A stretch of DNA of 64,000 nucleotides from an uncultured Actinomycetes bacterium (GCA_963706025.1 CAVPLM010000003.1:352001-416000); one strand, 5' to 3'; shown: positions 1-10,194, numbered from the stretch's first letter. Notes: generated by a model from the letters alone, not told the origin. Numbers and translations are program-made.

Positions 1-701
1 TCGGTGCTGGTCGACGACGAGCCGGCGGTGGTCGACGTAGAACCGTCGGTGGAAGTGGTCGACGCGTCGTCGGATACATCCGGCGTAGCAGAGATCAATA
101 TGTGGCGGGCCGTCCGCGTCTCGTCGTCGACGTACTTGGCCTTGTTCTCTTCGTAATACGCGGCGATCTCCTCATCAGGGACGGGGGTGACATCCTTGGT
201 CACCTCGTCGAAGACGCTGTTGAGGAATGTGTCCTCTTTCTCATAGCGCTTTGTCGCCTTGCTTCTCTCTTTCAGCTGATCAAGAGTCATGTTCTGAGCC
301 GCGAGGGCCGCGTCGAACTGGGCTTGGTCGCCTCCGAAGTAGTCGGTCAGGATCTTGTCTAACTCGGTCTGGACCTCCGCGTCGGTCACCGTCACATCCG
401 GGAGGGCCACGTTGAGCGAAGGGGCTTTTTGAAGGGCCATCTCATACATGACCATGTAGTCCAGCACGCGCAGTTGGAAATCCTTGTAGCCCTCCGGATC
501 GGTATCCTTGTCGGGTAGTCCCTGACCCGCGTATTGAGCTTCGAAATCAGCCATGCGCTGGTCGAACTGCTCCTGAGTGATGTAGTTCTCACCTACCTTG
601 GCTACGGCGTCTTTAGGCAAATCGCCGCCACAACCAACCAGCAAGCCCACAGCGACGGCAAGAAGGAGCACAAGGACGCTGGCCACGAATCTCTTTTTCA
701 C
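1..701 (-). CDS. PrsA/SurA-like peptidyl-prolyl isomerase lipoprotein (foldase), partial, runs off left edge
   Basis: Translated by hand from GTG at 701: VKKRFVASVLVLLLAVAVGLLVGCGGDLPKDAVAKVGENYITQEQFDQR...DEEIAAYYEENKAKY..ETRTARHILIS. Shows a lipobox, a SurA_N-type helical region and the start of a PpiC rotamase (ARHILI), then a Ser/Thr-rich insert. Confidence 0.8.
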   Translation of the reverse strand, partial: MKKRFVASVLVLLLAVAVGLLVGCGGDLPKDAVAKVGENYITQEQFDQRMADFEAQYAGQGLPDKDTDPEGYKDFQLRVLDYMVMYEMALQKAPSLNVALPDVTVTDAEVQTELDKILTDYFGGDQAQFDAALAAQNMTLDQLKERSKATKRYEKEDTFLNSVFDEVTKDVTPVPDEEIAAYYEENKAKYVDDETRTARHILISATPDVSDDASTTSTDGSTSTTAGSSSTST

Positions 702-1023
702 ACGAACCTCACTTGATCTCGGTCGGAAACGGCGCGGATGCAGTATAGCCTCATCTGCATAAGGACGCTGTTAAGAAGCAGGAGGTGTTCTCTTGGTTCC
801 ATGGAGAAGCAGGCGCTCACTTCGCGAGGTTTATGTCATGGGGGTGTGGTGCTAGGATGAAGTTGTTGGGGGTAACGGGGCAATCAAACACGCACGATCC
901 AGCGGGGCCGGCTGCGCTCGTACGGCGCGGTGGGCGACGCAAGATCAAGTCCGGAGAGGAGGGTCGCCAAGACGATTCCGCTGGCCGCACTGAATGACCT
1001 ATCACTTCGTAGGAGGAGGGGCA

Positions 1024-2500
1024 ATGCAGGACAAAGACCCTGAAGTCAAGCATGAAGAACGTGGTGTTGCTCGAAGGCAAGTCCGTCAGCCGGAGAGAGT
1101 TCCTGAAGATCGCCGGTGTCGCCGGAGCCGCGGTGGGCGTGGGCGCCGGCCTGGGCGGAGTGCTTGCCGCCTGCGGCGAGGAAGAGACGACCACCACGAC
1201 AGCCGGCGCGACGACCACGACGGCTGCTCCCACTACTACCACCACCGCCGCTCCCACGACCACCGTGAGCACCGGCCCGGAGGCGGGCCGCGACATCATG
1301 CTCGGCCTGGTCTCGCCCAGCACCGGCCCCCTGGCCTTAGTTCGCGAAAGCCGATGACTGGTGGGTCGATTTCGCCATGGCCGCGGTGCCCGACGGCATC
1401 ATCGGCGGCGACGGCAAGCAGCACAAATCGTGATCAAGCGCGCCGACAGCCAGTCCGACTCCAATGCGGGCGGCTCAGGTGGCGGGCGACCTGATCAACA
1501 ACGACAAGGTCGATCTCATGATGGCCTCCGGCTCCCCAGACACGGCCAACCCGGTCGCCGACCAGTGCGAGGCTTCGGGATGTCCGTCGATCGCGAACTT
1601 CGTGCCCTGGCAGCCGTTCTTCTTCGGTCGGCGGCGAAACCCCGGATCCCACCAAGGCCTTCAAGTGGACCTATGCCCAAGCTCTGGGCCTGGAAGGCAT
1701 CGTGTCCAACTTCATCGCCATGTGGGACCAGGTGGAGACCAACAAGAAGGTCGGCTTCCTCTTCGCCAACGACGCAGACGGGGCGGCCTGGACCGACATG
1801 ACCACCGGGCTTCCGCCGGCGGTGGAGGCGGCGGGATACAGTATTACCTGTCCGACCTGTATCCGGTCCCCAGCGAGGACTTCACCAAGTACATATCCGA
1901 TTTCAAGAAGGAAGGCTGCGAGATCTGCTGCGGCACGATCATCACGCCGGACTTCACCAACTTCTGGAAACAGGCTGTCCAGCAGGGCTACAACCCGAAG
2001 GTCCTGACCATCGGGAAGGCTCTGCTCTTCCCGCAGACCCTCGAAGCCATCGGCGACATCGCCTACAACGCCACGGTCGAAGGCGTGTGGCATCCCACCT
2101 GGCCGTTCAAGGACTCCATCACCGGCAAGACCTGCCAGGAACTGGCCGACGACTACATGGCCAAGACCGGCGAGCAATGGACCGCGCCGATCGGCCAGTA
2201 CGCCAAGTTCGAGTGGGCGGTGGACGTCTTCAAGCGGGTCACGAACCTCGACGACAAGGAAGACATCATCGCCCAGGTGAAGACGACCAAGTTGGAGACC
2301 TGCCTCGGGCCGATCGACTTCACCGCGCCCATCGAAATGATGACCAGGCACCCGGTGGAGAACGTCTACACAGCCGCCGACCGGTGGCGCGCAGTGGGTC
2401 AAGGGCGACGAAGTTCGCCTTCGAGCCGGTCATGGTCAGCAACGCTCTGGCCGACGGAACTGCCGGTGGCTGCCAAAGTCCAGCTGATGCAGTACTCGTA
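1024..2500 (+). CDS. Tat-exported ABC substrate-binding lipoprotein (LivK/Peripla_BP_6, aromatic-acid type), broken by many frameshifts
   Basis: Strong RBS AGGAGGAGGG before ATG 1024. Contains SRREFLK Tat motif, LAAC lipobox and Thr-rich linker; GLVSPSTGPLA, DSQSDSN-RAAQVAGDLINNDKVDL and DFTKYISDFKKEGCEI are spread over ORFs 1052-1357, 1361-1801, 1702-2007 and 1464-2501. Confidence 0.8.
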
Positions 2501-2574
2501 ATCGACCCGGCCCCTTCCCAGGAGGCTGAAGTCCCGGGCTGGGAGCGCGGACAAGTCGGTCCGACTCTTCGGAC

Positions 2575-2605
2575 AGGGGGAGCCCCGCGATGCGGGGCTC
2601 CCCCT
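2575..2605. terminator. Perfect 14-bp hairpin between convergent SBP and TetR genes
   Basis: AGGGGGAGCCCCGC-GAT-GCGGGGCTCCCCCT. Confidence 0.7.
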
Positions 2606-2661
2606 CCCTCTCGCGCTCGCCCAGGGCGTCCCTGACGGCCGAGCTTCATTCTGAACGAGTT

Positions 2662-3354
2662 CTAAGCGAGTGAGACGGCGATCATCATTTCGGCGGGCTC
2701 GGGCAGACCGAGCGGGGCGTCTCCTCGAAGGTACAGGTAGAGCGCTTTCTGAAGCTCGCTGAAGATCGTCTGGCTGCCGATGCCGTAGTACAGCTCGTGT
2801 TCTTGACCGAACACCATCCTTCCCCGCAGGACGGCGGCATACATCCCGTATGCCATGCTGATAGCCAAGACCGGGTCGGAATGGCCGATCTCATCGCGGT
2901 GTTTCAATAGGACCGAGATCAGCGCTTCGCGACGCTCCCGGTTCACACGCTCGCCCCGCTCTCTCAGGACAGGATCGAAGACGGAGTTCATCATGAAGGC
3001 GCGAGAGAGCTCGAGCTCTTCCGTGACCCGCCTGATGAGCGCACCGATGGTGCGCTCCACTGCTTCGGCCAGAGTCTCCGGCGAGCTGGGCTCTTCCAGC
3101 AGCTCGGCGTGTATCAGGGGCTCCAACCGGTTGTGGAACCGATCCTGCAGCAAGTGCAGAAGAGCGGTCTTGTCGGGGAACCGCGTGTAGAAGGCGCCGA
3201 CAGACAGACCCGCGCGGTTCAGAACACTTGCCACAGTCAGAGAGTCGATCCCCTCTGTGCGGATCTGCTCCTCGGCCGCATCCAAGAGCCGTTCGAGAGA
3301 CTCGCGGCTTCGCTTCTGGCGAGGGACTCGATAGGTGTGCTCAGCCTGCTCCAT
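2662..3354 (-). CDS. TetR/AcrR family transcriptional regulator
   Basis: PRQKRSRESLERLLDAAEEQI...LTVASVLNRAGLSVGAFYTRFPDK HTH. Start placed at Met 3354, which has TATACT 7 nt upstream. Confidence 0.9.
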   Translation of the reverse strand: MEQAEHTYRVPRQKRSRESLERLLDAAEEQIRTEGIDSLTVASVLNRAGLSVGAFYTRFPDKTALLHLLQDRFHNRLEPLIHAELLEEPSSPETLAEAVERTIGALIRRVTEELELSRAFMMNSVFDPVLRERGERVNRERREALISVLLKHRDEIGHSDPVLAISMAYGMYAAVLRGRMVFGQEHELYYGIGSQTIFSELQKALYLYLRGDAPLGLPEPAEMMIAVSLA

Positions 3355-3559
3355 GCCCACCAGTATATCGTGGGGTCGTTCCTCGCGAAGGTCGAGACTG
3401 ACCTGTTCAGGGGGCCACCTTGCGCAAAGCAAGTTCCACAGGAGGCAGGCCGTGCGCACCCTGCAAACGGCTGATATCCTTTGCACCTACAGGGACCAGT
3501 TTTCCAGGGCTTTCCACCGGACCGCCGCGAGCGCGGAGCCTGCAGAGCAAAGGAGTGAC

Positions 3560-5433
3560 ATGTACAAGGGCGGCTACACCGGCAACGTGCTGCGGGTCAA
3601 CCTGACCGACAAGACGTTCAAAGAGGAACCGCTACCGTTGGAGGTGGCGCAGGACTTCATCGGTGGCTCGGGCTTCACCGTCAAGTACCTCTATGACGAG
3701 GTCCCGCCGGACTGTGACCCCCTGGGCCCCGAGAACAAGCTTATCTACGCTCCCGGGCCGTTCACCGGTACCACCATCCCTTGCGCCAGCCGCATGGCCA
3801 TCAACGCCAAGTCGCCGGCCACGGGCGCAATGGGGGTGGCCACCACCGGCGGGCACTTCCCGGTGGAGATGAAGCGGGCCGGGTACGACGTCATCATCAT
3901 CGAAGGCAAGGCCGAGGAGCCCACCTATCTCTGGATCAAGAACGGCGAGGTCAAGTTCCGCCCGGCGAAGGAGCTCTGGGGTCTCACCAGCTCCGATTGT
4001 CAGCAGGTGATCAAGGACGAGCTTCACGACCAGAACATCCGCATCAGCTGCATCGGGCCGGCCGGGGAGAAGCTCTCCAAGATGGCCTGCATCGTGAACG
4101 AGCGCCGGGTGGCCGGCCGCAAGGGCCTCGGGGCAGTCATGGGCAGCAAGAACCTCAAGGCCATCGCCCTGCGGGGTGAGGGTCAGATGGCCATTGCGGA
4201 CAAGGAGAAGTACGACGCCGCCCGCAAGCGCATGATGGCCGGTATGCGCAAGAGCCCCATCCTTTATCCCGGAGTTCTCCCGCTACGGCACCTCCACCAC
4301 CCTGGATCTGACCCAGAGCCTGGGCATCTATCCGGCCAAGAACTGGACCGCCACCGGCGTCTTCAACCCGGCCGACAAGATCGGCGGGTTCGCCATCGAG
4401 ATCCCGCGGTACGGGCAAGATGGCCTGTGCCGGTTGCCCGGTCGGGTGCAGCCAGCTCCGCTTGGCGCAGGAGGGACCATATGCCGGTTGGTTCACGGAA
4501 GGACCGGAGTACGAGACCTTGTATTCCTTCGGCGGAGTCACCGGGGTGGACAATCCCGACGCCATCATCGCCTGCGACCGTATCTCGGACGAACTGGGGC
4601 TCGACACCATGTCGGCTGGGGTCACCATCGCCTTCGCCATGGAGCTGTTCGAGCGGGGCATCCTCACCCTTGAGGACACCGGGGGTATGGACCTCCACTT
4701 CGGCAACGACCAGTCGATGGTCAAGCTGCTGCACATGATGGGGGAGCGGCAGGGCTTAGGCGACGTCCTGGCCGACGGGGTCAAGGCAGCCGCAGCGAGG
4801 ATAGGCAAAGGCAGCGAGAAGTACGCCATGCACGTCAAGGGCCTGGAGCTGCCGGCGTACGATGTCCGAGGCGCGAAAGCGCACGGTCTCAACTACGCCA
4901 CCGCCTTCACCGGCGCCGACCACAACAAGGGCTACGCTTTCCAAGAGATCTTCGGTATCCCCATCCCCTATCCGGTGGATCGCTTCGCCATCGAGGGCAA
5001 GGGCAAGCTCTGCAAGTGGGACCAGGATGCCCGCACGGCCCTGGCCGACTCTCCCACGATGTGTGTCTTCCTCATGGACATGGCCGTAGCGGACTTCATG
5101 TTCGAGAATACGGCCGATCTCATGGAGGGGGCCACCGGGCTCATCTACACGCCCGAGGAAGTGCACGAGGTCGGCGACCGCATCAACACCTTGGCCCGCG
5201 TCTTCAACATATTCGCCGGGTTCACCAGAGCCGACGACGACCTCCCCGAGCGCCTGAAGACCGAGCCCATCCCCGACGGACCCTCCAAGGGGCAGATGAT
5301 CAGCCAGGCGGATCTCGATTTCATGCTGGACGAGTACTACGATGCCCGGGGCTGGACCCGCGAGGGCGTTCCCACCCGGGCCAAGCTTGAAGAGCTGCGC
5401 CTGGGCTACGCCGCGGACAGGCTGGGCCTGTGA
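3560..5433 (+). CDS. aor: Tungsten-dependent aldehyde:ferredoxin oxidoreductase (two apparent frameshifts, ~4271 and ~4410)
   Basis: RBS AAGGAG. Motifs GYTGNVLRVNLT, KSPATG, IGPAGEKL, GRKGLGAVMGSKNLKAI, CAGCPVGC, EGPEYETL, DELGLDTMS, HVKGLELPAYD and EYYDARGW (ORFs 3335-4738 and 4420-5433 plus a bridging frame). Confidence 0.9.
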
Positions 5434-5479
5434 CGGCGCCCGCAGCCCGTAGGCAAAGGTCTCCCGGAGTGCGCACACC

Positions 5480-5767
5480 ATGAAGATCACCGTTCGTAGC
5501 ATCGCCCTGATCAAGACGCTGCTCGGTCAGGGAGAGATGGAGCTCACCCTGGCCGATGGAGCCACCATCGACGTCCTGCTCGCGGAACTGACGGAGATCG
5601 GCGGCGAGAAGCTGGCTCCGTATGTGAGGGTGCCCAAGGAGGAGAGTGCTCACGCCCCGCTGAGGGTCATGGTCAACGGTCGCGATATCACCGCGCTCGC
5701 CGGCCGGAAGACCGTGCTCGAGGAGGGTGACGACGTCCTGATCTTCATCCCCATCGCCGGGGGTTAG
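5480..5767 (+). CDS. MoaD/ThiS family sulfur carrier protein
   Basis: 95 aa ubiquitin-like protein, VMVNGRDI...LEEGDDVLIFIPIAGG with C-terminal GG. Adjacent to aor. Confidence 0.9.
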   Translation: MKITVRSIALIKTLLGQGEMELTLADGATIDVLLAELTEIGGEKLAPYVRVPKEESAHAPLRVMVNGRDITALAGRKTVLEEGDDVLIFIPIAGG

Positions 5768-5843
5768 AGTCCGAGTCGGGCACACAGCTGTCTCGACAAG
5801 AACCCACGGCGCACTCGACGGCGTCCACAAGAAAGGCGGGATC

Positions 5844-6869
5844 GTGAAGACGGTCGACCTTGAGACTCATTTCGTGACCCAGGAGTGGATCGACGCGATA
5901 TACGCAAACCCGGAGTATCCGCGCTTCGTCGACGATCCGGCTTCCGGTAAGCGCCGTATGTACTATCGTGACGACGCCTTCGAGCCCCACGGCGACTTCC
6001 TCCTCGACCGGCTTCTGGATGTGGGTGAGGGACGGATCGAAGGGATGGGCGCCGCCGGCATAGACGTGGCCGTGGTCTCACTGACTGCACCCGGCACGGA
6101 CCATTTCGACCCCGCGACGGGAACCCGGCTTGCCGGCCGGATCAATGACGAGTTGGCGGCGGCTATCGACAGATACCCGGACCGGTTGATGGGTTTCGCG
6201 GCATTGGCTCCGAAGGACCCTTATGCCGCCGCGGCCGAGTTGGAGCGGGCGGTCAAAGAGCTGGGCTTCAGGGGCTGGAAGTGCCACTCGAACTTCGGCG
6301 ACTCCTACATCGACGAGAAGCGTTACTGGCCCATCCTGGCCAAGGCGGAGGAGTTGGGTGCGCCCATCTATCTGCACCCTGTGGCACCCATGATCCCGCA
6401 GCTACGCACCTATGGGCTGGCTCTGGCCGGGGCGGCCTTCGGATTCGGTATCGAGACGGCCACGGCCATGATGAGGCTGATATTGAGCGGGGCGTTCGAT
6501 GCCTTCCCCAAGCTCAAGATCATCCTGGGGCACTACGGCGAAGGCCTCCCCTTCCTGATGCAACGGATAGACCATCCCTTCGTCCGGCCGCATCTCAAGG
6601 CCTCCGACCCGGACGTGGTACCCGCTCTCGAGCGGCTACCCAGCGACTACCTGCGCGACAACATGGTCGTGACCACCAGTGGCAATTACCTTCCGGCGGC
6701 CTTCAAGTGCACCCGTGAGGCGCTCGGCATGGACAAGATCCTCCTGGGTACCGACTATCCCTACGAGGAGATGGACGACTGCATGCGCTACCTTGAGGGT
6801 CTGGGGATGCCGGAAGAAGAAAAGGCACAGCTCTACCACGAAAACGCGGCCGCTTTGGGATTCGCCTGA
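5844..6869 (+). CDS. Amidohydrolase_2 family, gamma-resorcylate/LigW-type non-oxidative aromatic acid decarboxylase
   Basis: DLETHF (ExH metal motif), IYLHP, ILGHYGEGLPF..QRID, TTSGN, GTDYPYE. Confidence 0.8.
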   Translation: MKTVDLETHFVTQEWIDAIYANPEYPRFVDDPASGKRRMYYRDDAFEPHGDFLLDRLLDVGEGRIEGMGAAGIDVAVVSLTAPGTDHFDPATGTRLAGRINDELAAAIDRYPDRLMGFAALAPKDPYAAAAELERAVKELGFRGWKCHSNFGDSYIDEKRYWPILAKAEELGAPIYLHPVAPMIPQLRTYGLALAGAAFGFGIETATAMMRLILSGAFDAFPKLKIILGHYGEGLPFLMQRIDHPFVRPHLKASDPDVVPALERLPSDYLRDNMVVTTSGNYLPAAFKCTREALGMDKILLGTDYPYEEMDDCMRYLEGLGMPEEEKAQLYHENAAALGFA

Positions 6870-6933
6870 TCCGCTTTGGTCGCCGAATCTGTTCGATCCA
6901 TTCCGTCCGTCTGGCAGAAAGGTCCTTGCGCTC

Positions 6934-8139
6934 ATGGAGCAACTCACGTACCACGACATCCTCTACAACGATGAGCCTATCGGGCCGTGGCCCACTCACC
7001 TGCTGACGCGGGTCGACAAACCCACCAACGAGATCGTGGGGCCGATCAAGCGGCGCGACGAGCGGGAAAGCCCCTTTGGGAAATCCCTCCTCGGCGGGTA
7101 CGGGGAGGAGATCCAGCGGGAGTTCATCCGTATGACCGTGCGCTATCCCCTCGGCGCGGCTCTGGTCGACATGCAGAACCTCATCAACACGGTCGTGCGG
7201 AAGCTCAACCCCGTTGCTCCGGAAAAGGCTCCCATACCCGACGATCCTGGAGTGCTGAGCCGCCACGTCAAGCTACTGGGCCATTTCCTGGGCGCCGACA
7301 TGGTAGGTATCGGCCCGCTCAGCCAATCGGCCGTCTATACCCATAACATGAAGGGGCGGGAGATCGAAGCTCCCTTCAAGTACGCCATCGTGCTCCTCTG
7401 CCGAAAGCACGATCCCACCATCTCCGCCTCCAACGGCTGGGAGGAGATAATCGACCCGGCCAGCTTCCAGACCTATCAGCGGCTGGCCATGCAGACCGAG
7501 ACCATGGCCAACTATTTGCGCAGGCTGGGCTGGGAGGCCGAGGCCTCCAACATGAACCGCTACCGCACTTTGATGCCCCAGGTTGTCCTGGACGCCGGTC
7601 TGGGTGAAGTGTCGCGGATGGGGATCATCCTCAACCCGTTCTTGGGATGCAACTTCAAATCCGCCTGTGTGCTCACCAACATGGAGCTGGAGACCGACGG
7701 CTACATCGACTTCGGGCTCCAGGAGTACTGCAGCAACTGCACGCTGTGCGCCGAGCAGTGCCCTCCTCGGGCCATCACTCGGGGACCCAAGACGCTCTAC
7801 AACGGCTACTACACCTGGAAGCTCAACAGCAAGGTCTGCTCCGATTTCGACGTGCTCAACAAGGAAGGCTGCGTGTGCGGCCGCTGCACCAAGGTATGCC
7901 CGTGGCATATCCCCGGCCAGGAGCCGCGCGATTTCGCCGATTGGGATGGAGACCTGATTTGGCTGCACAAGCGGGTGGACGAGCAGCGCGAGCGCATCAT
8001 CGCCAACAATTACGTCGATCCCGCCGAGCATACTCACAAGTGGTGGTTCCCGCTCGACGAGGTCGACGGCAGGCTGGTCGTCCCGACCGACAAGAACAAG
8101 CAGAAGATTTGCCGGGAGTATCCCCTACAGAACCGGTAG
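6934..8139 (+). CDS. rdhA: Cytoplasmic (Tat-less) reductive dehalogenase-like B12 / 2x[4Fe-4S] protein
   Basis: GPWPTHLLTRVDKPT N-terminus, HFLGADMVGIG, AGLGEVSRMGIILNPFLGCNFKS..LTNMELETD..IDFG, CSNCTLCAEQCP and C-x12-CGRCTKVCPW, KWWFPL. No signal peptide and no rdhB seen. Confidence 0.8.
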   Translation: MEQLTYHDILYNDEPIGPWPTHLLTRVDKPTNEIVGPIKRRDERESPFGKSLLGGYGEEIQREFIRMTVRYPLGAALVDMQNLINTVVRKLNPVAPEKAPIPDDPGVLSRHVKLLGHFLGADMVGIGPLSQSAVYTHNMKGREIEAPFKYAIVLLCRKHDPTISASNGWEEIIDPASFQTYQRLAMQTETMANYLRRLGWEAEASNMNRYRTLMPQVVLDAGLGEVSRMGIILNPFLGCNFKSACVLTNMELETDGYIDFGLQEYCSNCTLCAEQCPPRAITRGPKTLYNGYYTWKLNSKVCSDFDVLNKEGCVCGRCTKVCPWHIPGQEPRDFADWDGDLIWLHKRVDEQRERIIANNYVDPAEHTHKWWFPLDEVDGRLVVPTDKNKQKICREYPLQNR

Positions 8140-8369
8140 GTCCGGGCTCGTTTGCGCACGTCCCGGCGCGTCTTGCTCGCGCCGCAGCGCGCCGACCTTA
8201 AGCCCGCGATCGCACGCGGGTCGAGGGCTTTACTTTTCGAAGCGGCGGGCTAGAATTAATGCAGGGTCCGCCGCGGTGGCCCCTCCAGCGCCCCGGCGGT
8301 GCCCTGGCGCGTGCTCGCGGGGCTTAGCCGGGCCGGCTCACGTAGAGGCCGGCCGCAAAGGGGGTAATC

Positions 8370-9662
8370 ATGCGGCGGACGTGGCTCCTTCTAATCCTCA
8401 CTGTCTCATTGGCGATTGCATTCGTGTGCACGGGCGCCCTAGGGCCGGCGCCGCCGCGCGCGGCCGCCGCGGCGCCGACGTTCAGTGACGTTCCGGTGGA
8501 CCACCCCTACTACGAAGCCATCGAGGGGATGGCCGCGGCGAACGTTATCAACGGCTTTCCTGGCGGCACCTTCCGTCCCGACGACCTCGTTATCCGCCAG
8601 CAGTTCGCCAAGATGATCGTGCTGGCTCTGGGCCTGCCGGTGAGCGAGCAGGATGTGTGCACATTCCCCGACGTCTACAAGGGCGGACCCGACACGTTCT
8701 ATCCCGACAACTTCATCGCCGTCGCAGCCAAGAAAGAGATCACCACCGGCTACACCGACGGCCGCTTCGGCGCTGTTGACAACATCAAGCGATGCCAGAT
8801 ATCCACGATGATGGTCCGGGCAGCCAATAACCTGGACTTCCGCGATCTGGTCGAAGCCCCGGATTGGTTCCTGTCCGACTGGGGCATCAGCGACGTCCAT
8901 GGGCCGTTCGCCGACACCGCTCAGTACAGCGGGCTTTTCGAGGGATTGCTACCCGATTTCTATCGGGATCCCTACAAGCTGGCCACCCGGGGTGAGGTGG
9001 CCCAGTTGCTCTGGAGCCTCAAGACTTTTGTCAGGCAGACCAAGAGCGTGGACCACTTGGTGACGATCACCGAGCTGACGGACGGCCCAGTGGCGGCGGC
9101 GTTCAGAGCGGCGCTGGAGGATGCCTCCGGCGGCCAGGTCGAATGGATGAGAGCGCTGCGGACGGAGCACCCCGTGAACGCCTCCATCGTGGCCTCTGTC
9201 AATTATGGGTGTGCCAATGGTGATTTTTACCTTGGTGTGCCCGGGCCGGGAGGAACAGCCGTGGTCGGCCCACTGATGGCCGGCTTCCTGACCTATATGG
9301 AGAAGTTCGGAGCAGAGGTCGGCTACGGGGCTCTGTTCGATGTCAAGTTCGCCTCCGCTTTCAACTGGCGGCTGGGGGGAGACTATCTTCGCCAGGGGGA
9401 CGAGACTCTTGATGAGTACGCGGCTCGGATCCAACTGCTTATGGACAGCTTCGTGCAGCAGCACGCTGAAGACGAGATGTTCTTCCTATCCGATCCGGCC
9501 GTGCACGATCTCATCGAGTCCAGCGGCTCTCTGAGGATATCCGACCCGGGCCGGGCGCTACTTGGTGTGCGCTACGGGGTAGACCTGTACCGGGCGTCCG
9601 GAGACGCATATGCTGACGTGATAGACCAGGTCGCCGACGAGTTCTGGCCCTGGGAGGATTGA
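8370..9662 (+). CDS. Secreted SLH-domain protein with uncharacterised C-terminal domain
   Basis: Signal peptide, then SLH-like repeats FSDVPVDHPYYEAIEGMAAANVINGFPGGTFRPDDLVIRQQFAKMIV ... ATRGEVAQLL. Confidence 0.75.
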   Translation: MRRTWLLLILTVSLAIAFVCTGALGPAPPRAAAAAPTFSDVPVDHPYYEAIEGMAAANVINGFPGGTFRPDDLVIRQQFAKMIVLALGLPVSEQDVCTFPDVYKGGPDTFYPDNFIAVAAKKEITTGYTDGRFGAVDNIKRCQISTMMVRAANNLDFRDLVEAPDWFLSDWGISDVHGPFADTAQYSGLFEGLLPDFYRDPYKLATRGEVAQLLWSLKTFVRQTKSVDHLVTITELTDGPVAAAFRAALEDASGGQVEWMRALRTEHPVNASIVASVNYGCANGDFYLGVPGPGGTAVVGPLMAGFLTYMEKFGAEVGYGALFDVKFASAFNWRLGGDYLRQGDETLDEYAARIQLLMDSFVQQHAEDEMFFLSDPAVHDLIESSGSLRISDPGRALLGVRYGVDLYRASGDAYADVIDQVADEFWPWED

Positions 9663-9777
9663 GAGACTCCGGGCGCAAGTACGCCGCTCGGCGGTTGGGG
9701 GGCACTGCAACGGGGTATACGGGTGAGCAGTCCGGTCGTAGGTCGCCGGAAACCGAAGCATGCGCTTGGGAGGCGGG

Positions 9778-10194
9778 ATGAATTACGTGGCCATTTGGTT
9801 CGCGGCATTCGTGGTCATGAGTGTGCTCGACGTGATCTGGCATCTGGGCGTCTTCGGCTGGGCGTACGGCCCCGATTTCAAGGCCGTGGCTCGCATGGTC
9901 GATGGGAAAATGAAACTGCAGCCCATTCCAGGCATCATCTCACAGGTGCTCGTGGTGAGCGCGCTCATGGTCATCACAGTCATGGGAGTGCGGTCCGGCC
10001 AGGGATACCCGGTGAACTTTCTGATGGGCGCGATGGGCGGCGTTCTGGCCATCAGCGTGTACGGGCTGGTGAACCAGGCCTTGATTGACAAATGGACCTG
10101 GCGGCTCACCATCCTGGAAGTCATCTGGGGACCGATAATCGGGGGGCTGGGAGGTCTCTTCATCGCCTGGATGTACAGGGCGCTGGAACTCTAG
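9778..10194 (+). CDS. DUF2177-like membrane protein
   Basis: RBS GGAGG. Four TM segments, LDVIWHLGV, GVLAISVYGLVNQALIDKWTW.LTILEVIWG. Confidence 0.65.
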   Translation: MNYVAIWFAAFVVMSVLDVIWHLGVFGWAYGPDFKAVARMVDGKMKLQPIPGIISQVLVVSALMVITVMGVRSGQGYPVNFLMGAMGGVLAISVYGLVNQALIDKWTWRLTILEVIWGPIIGGLGGLFIAWMYRALEL

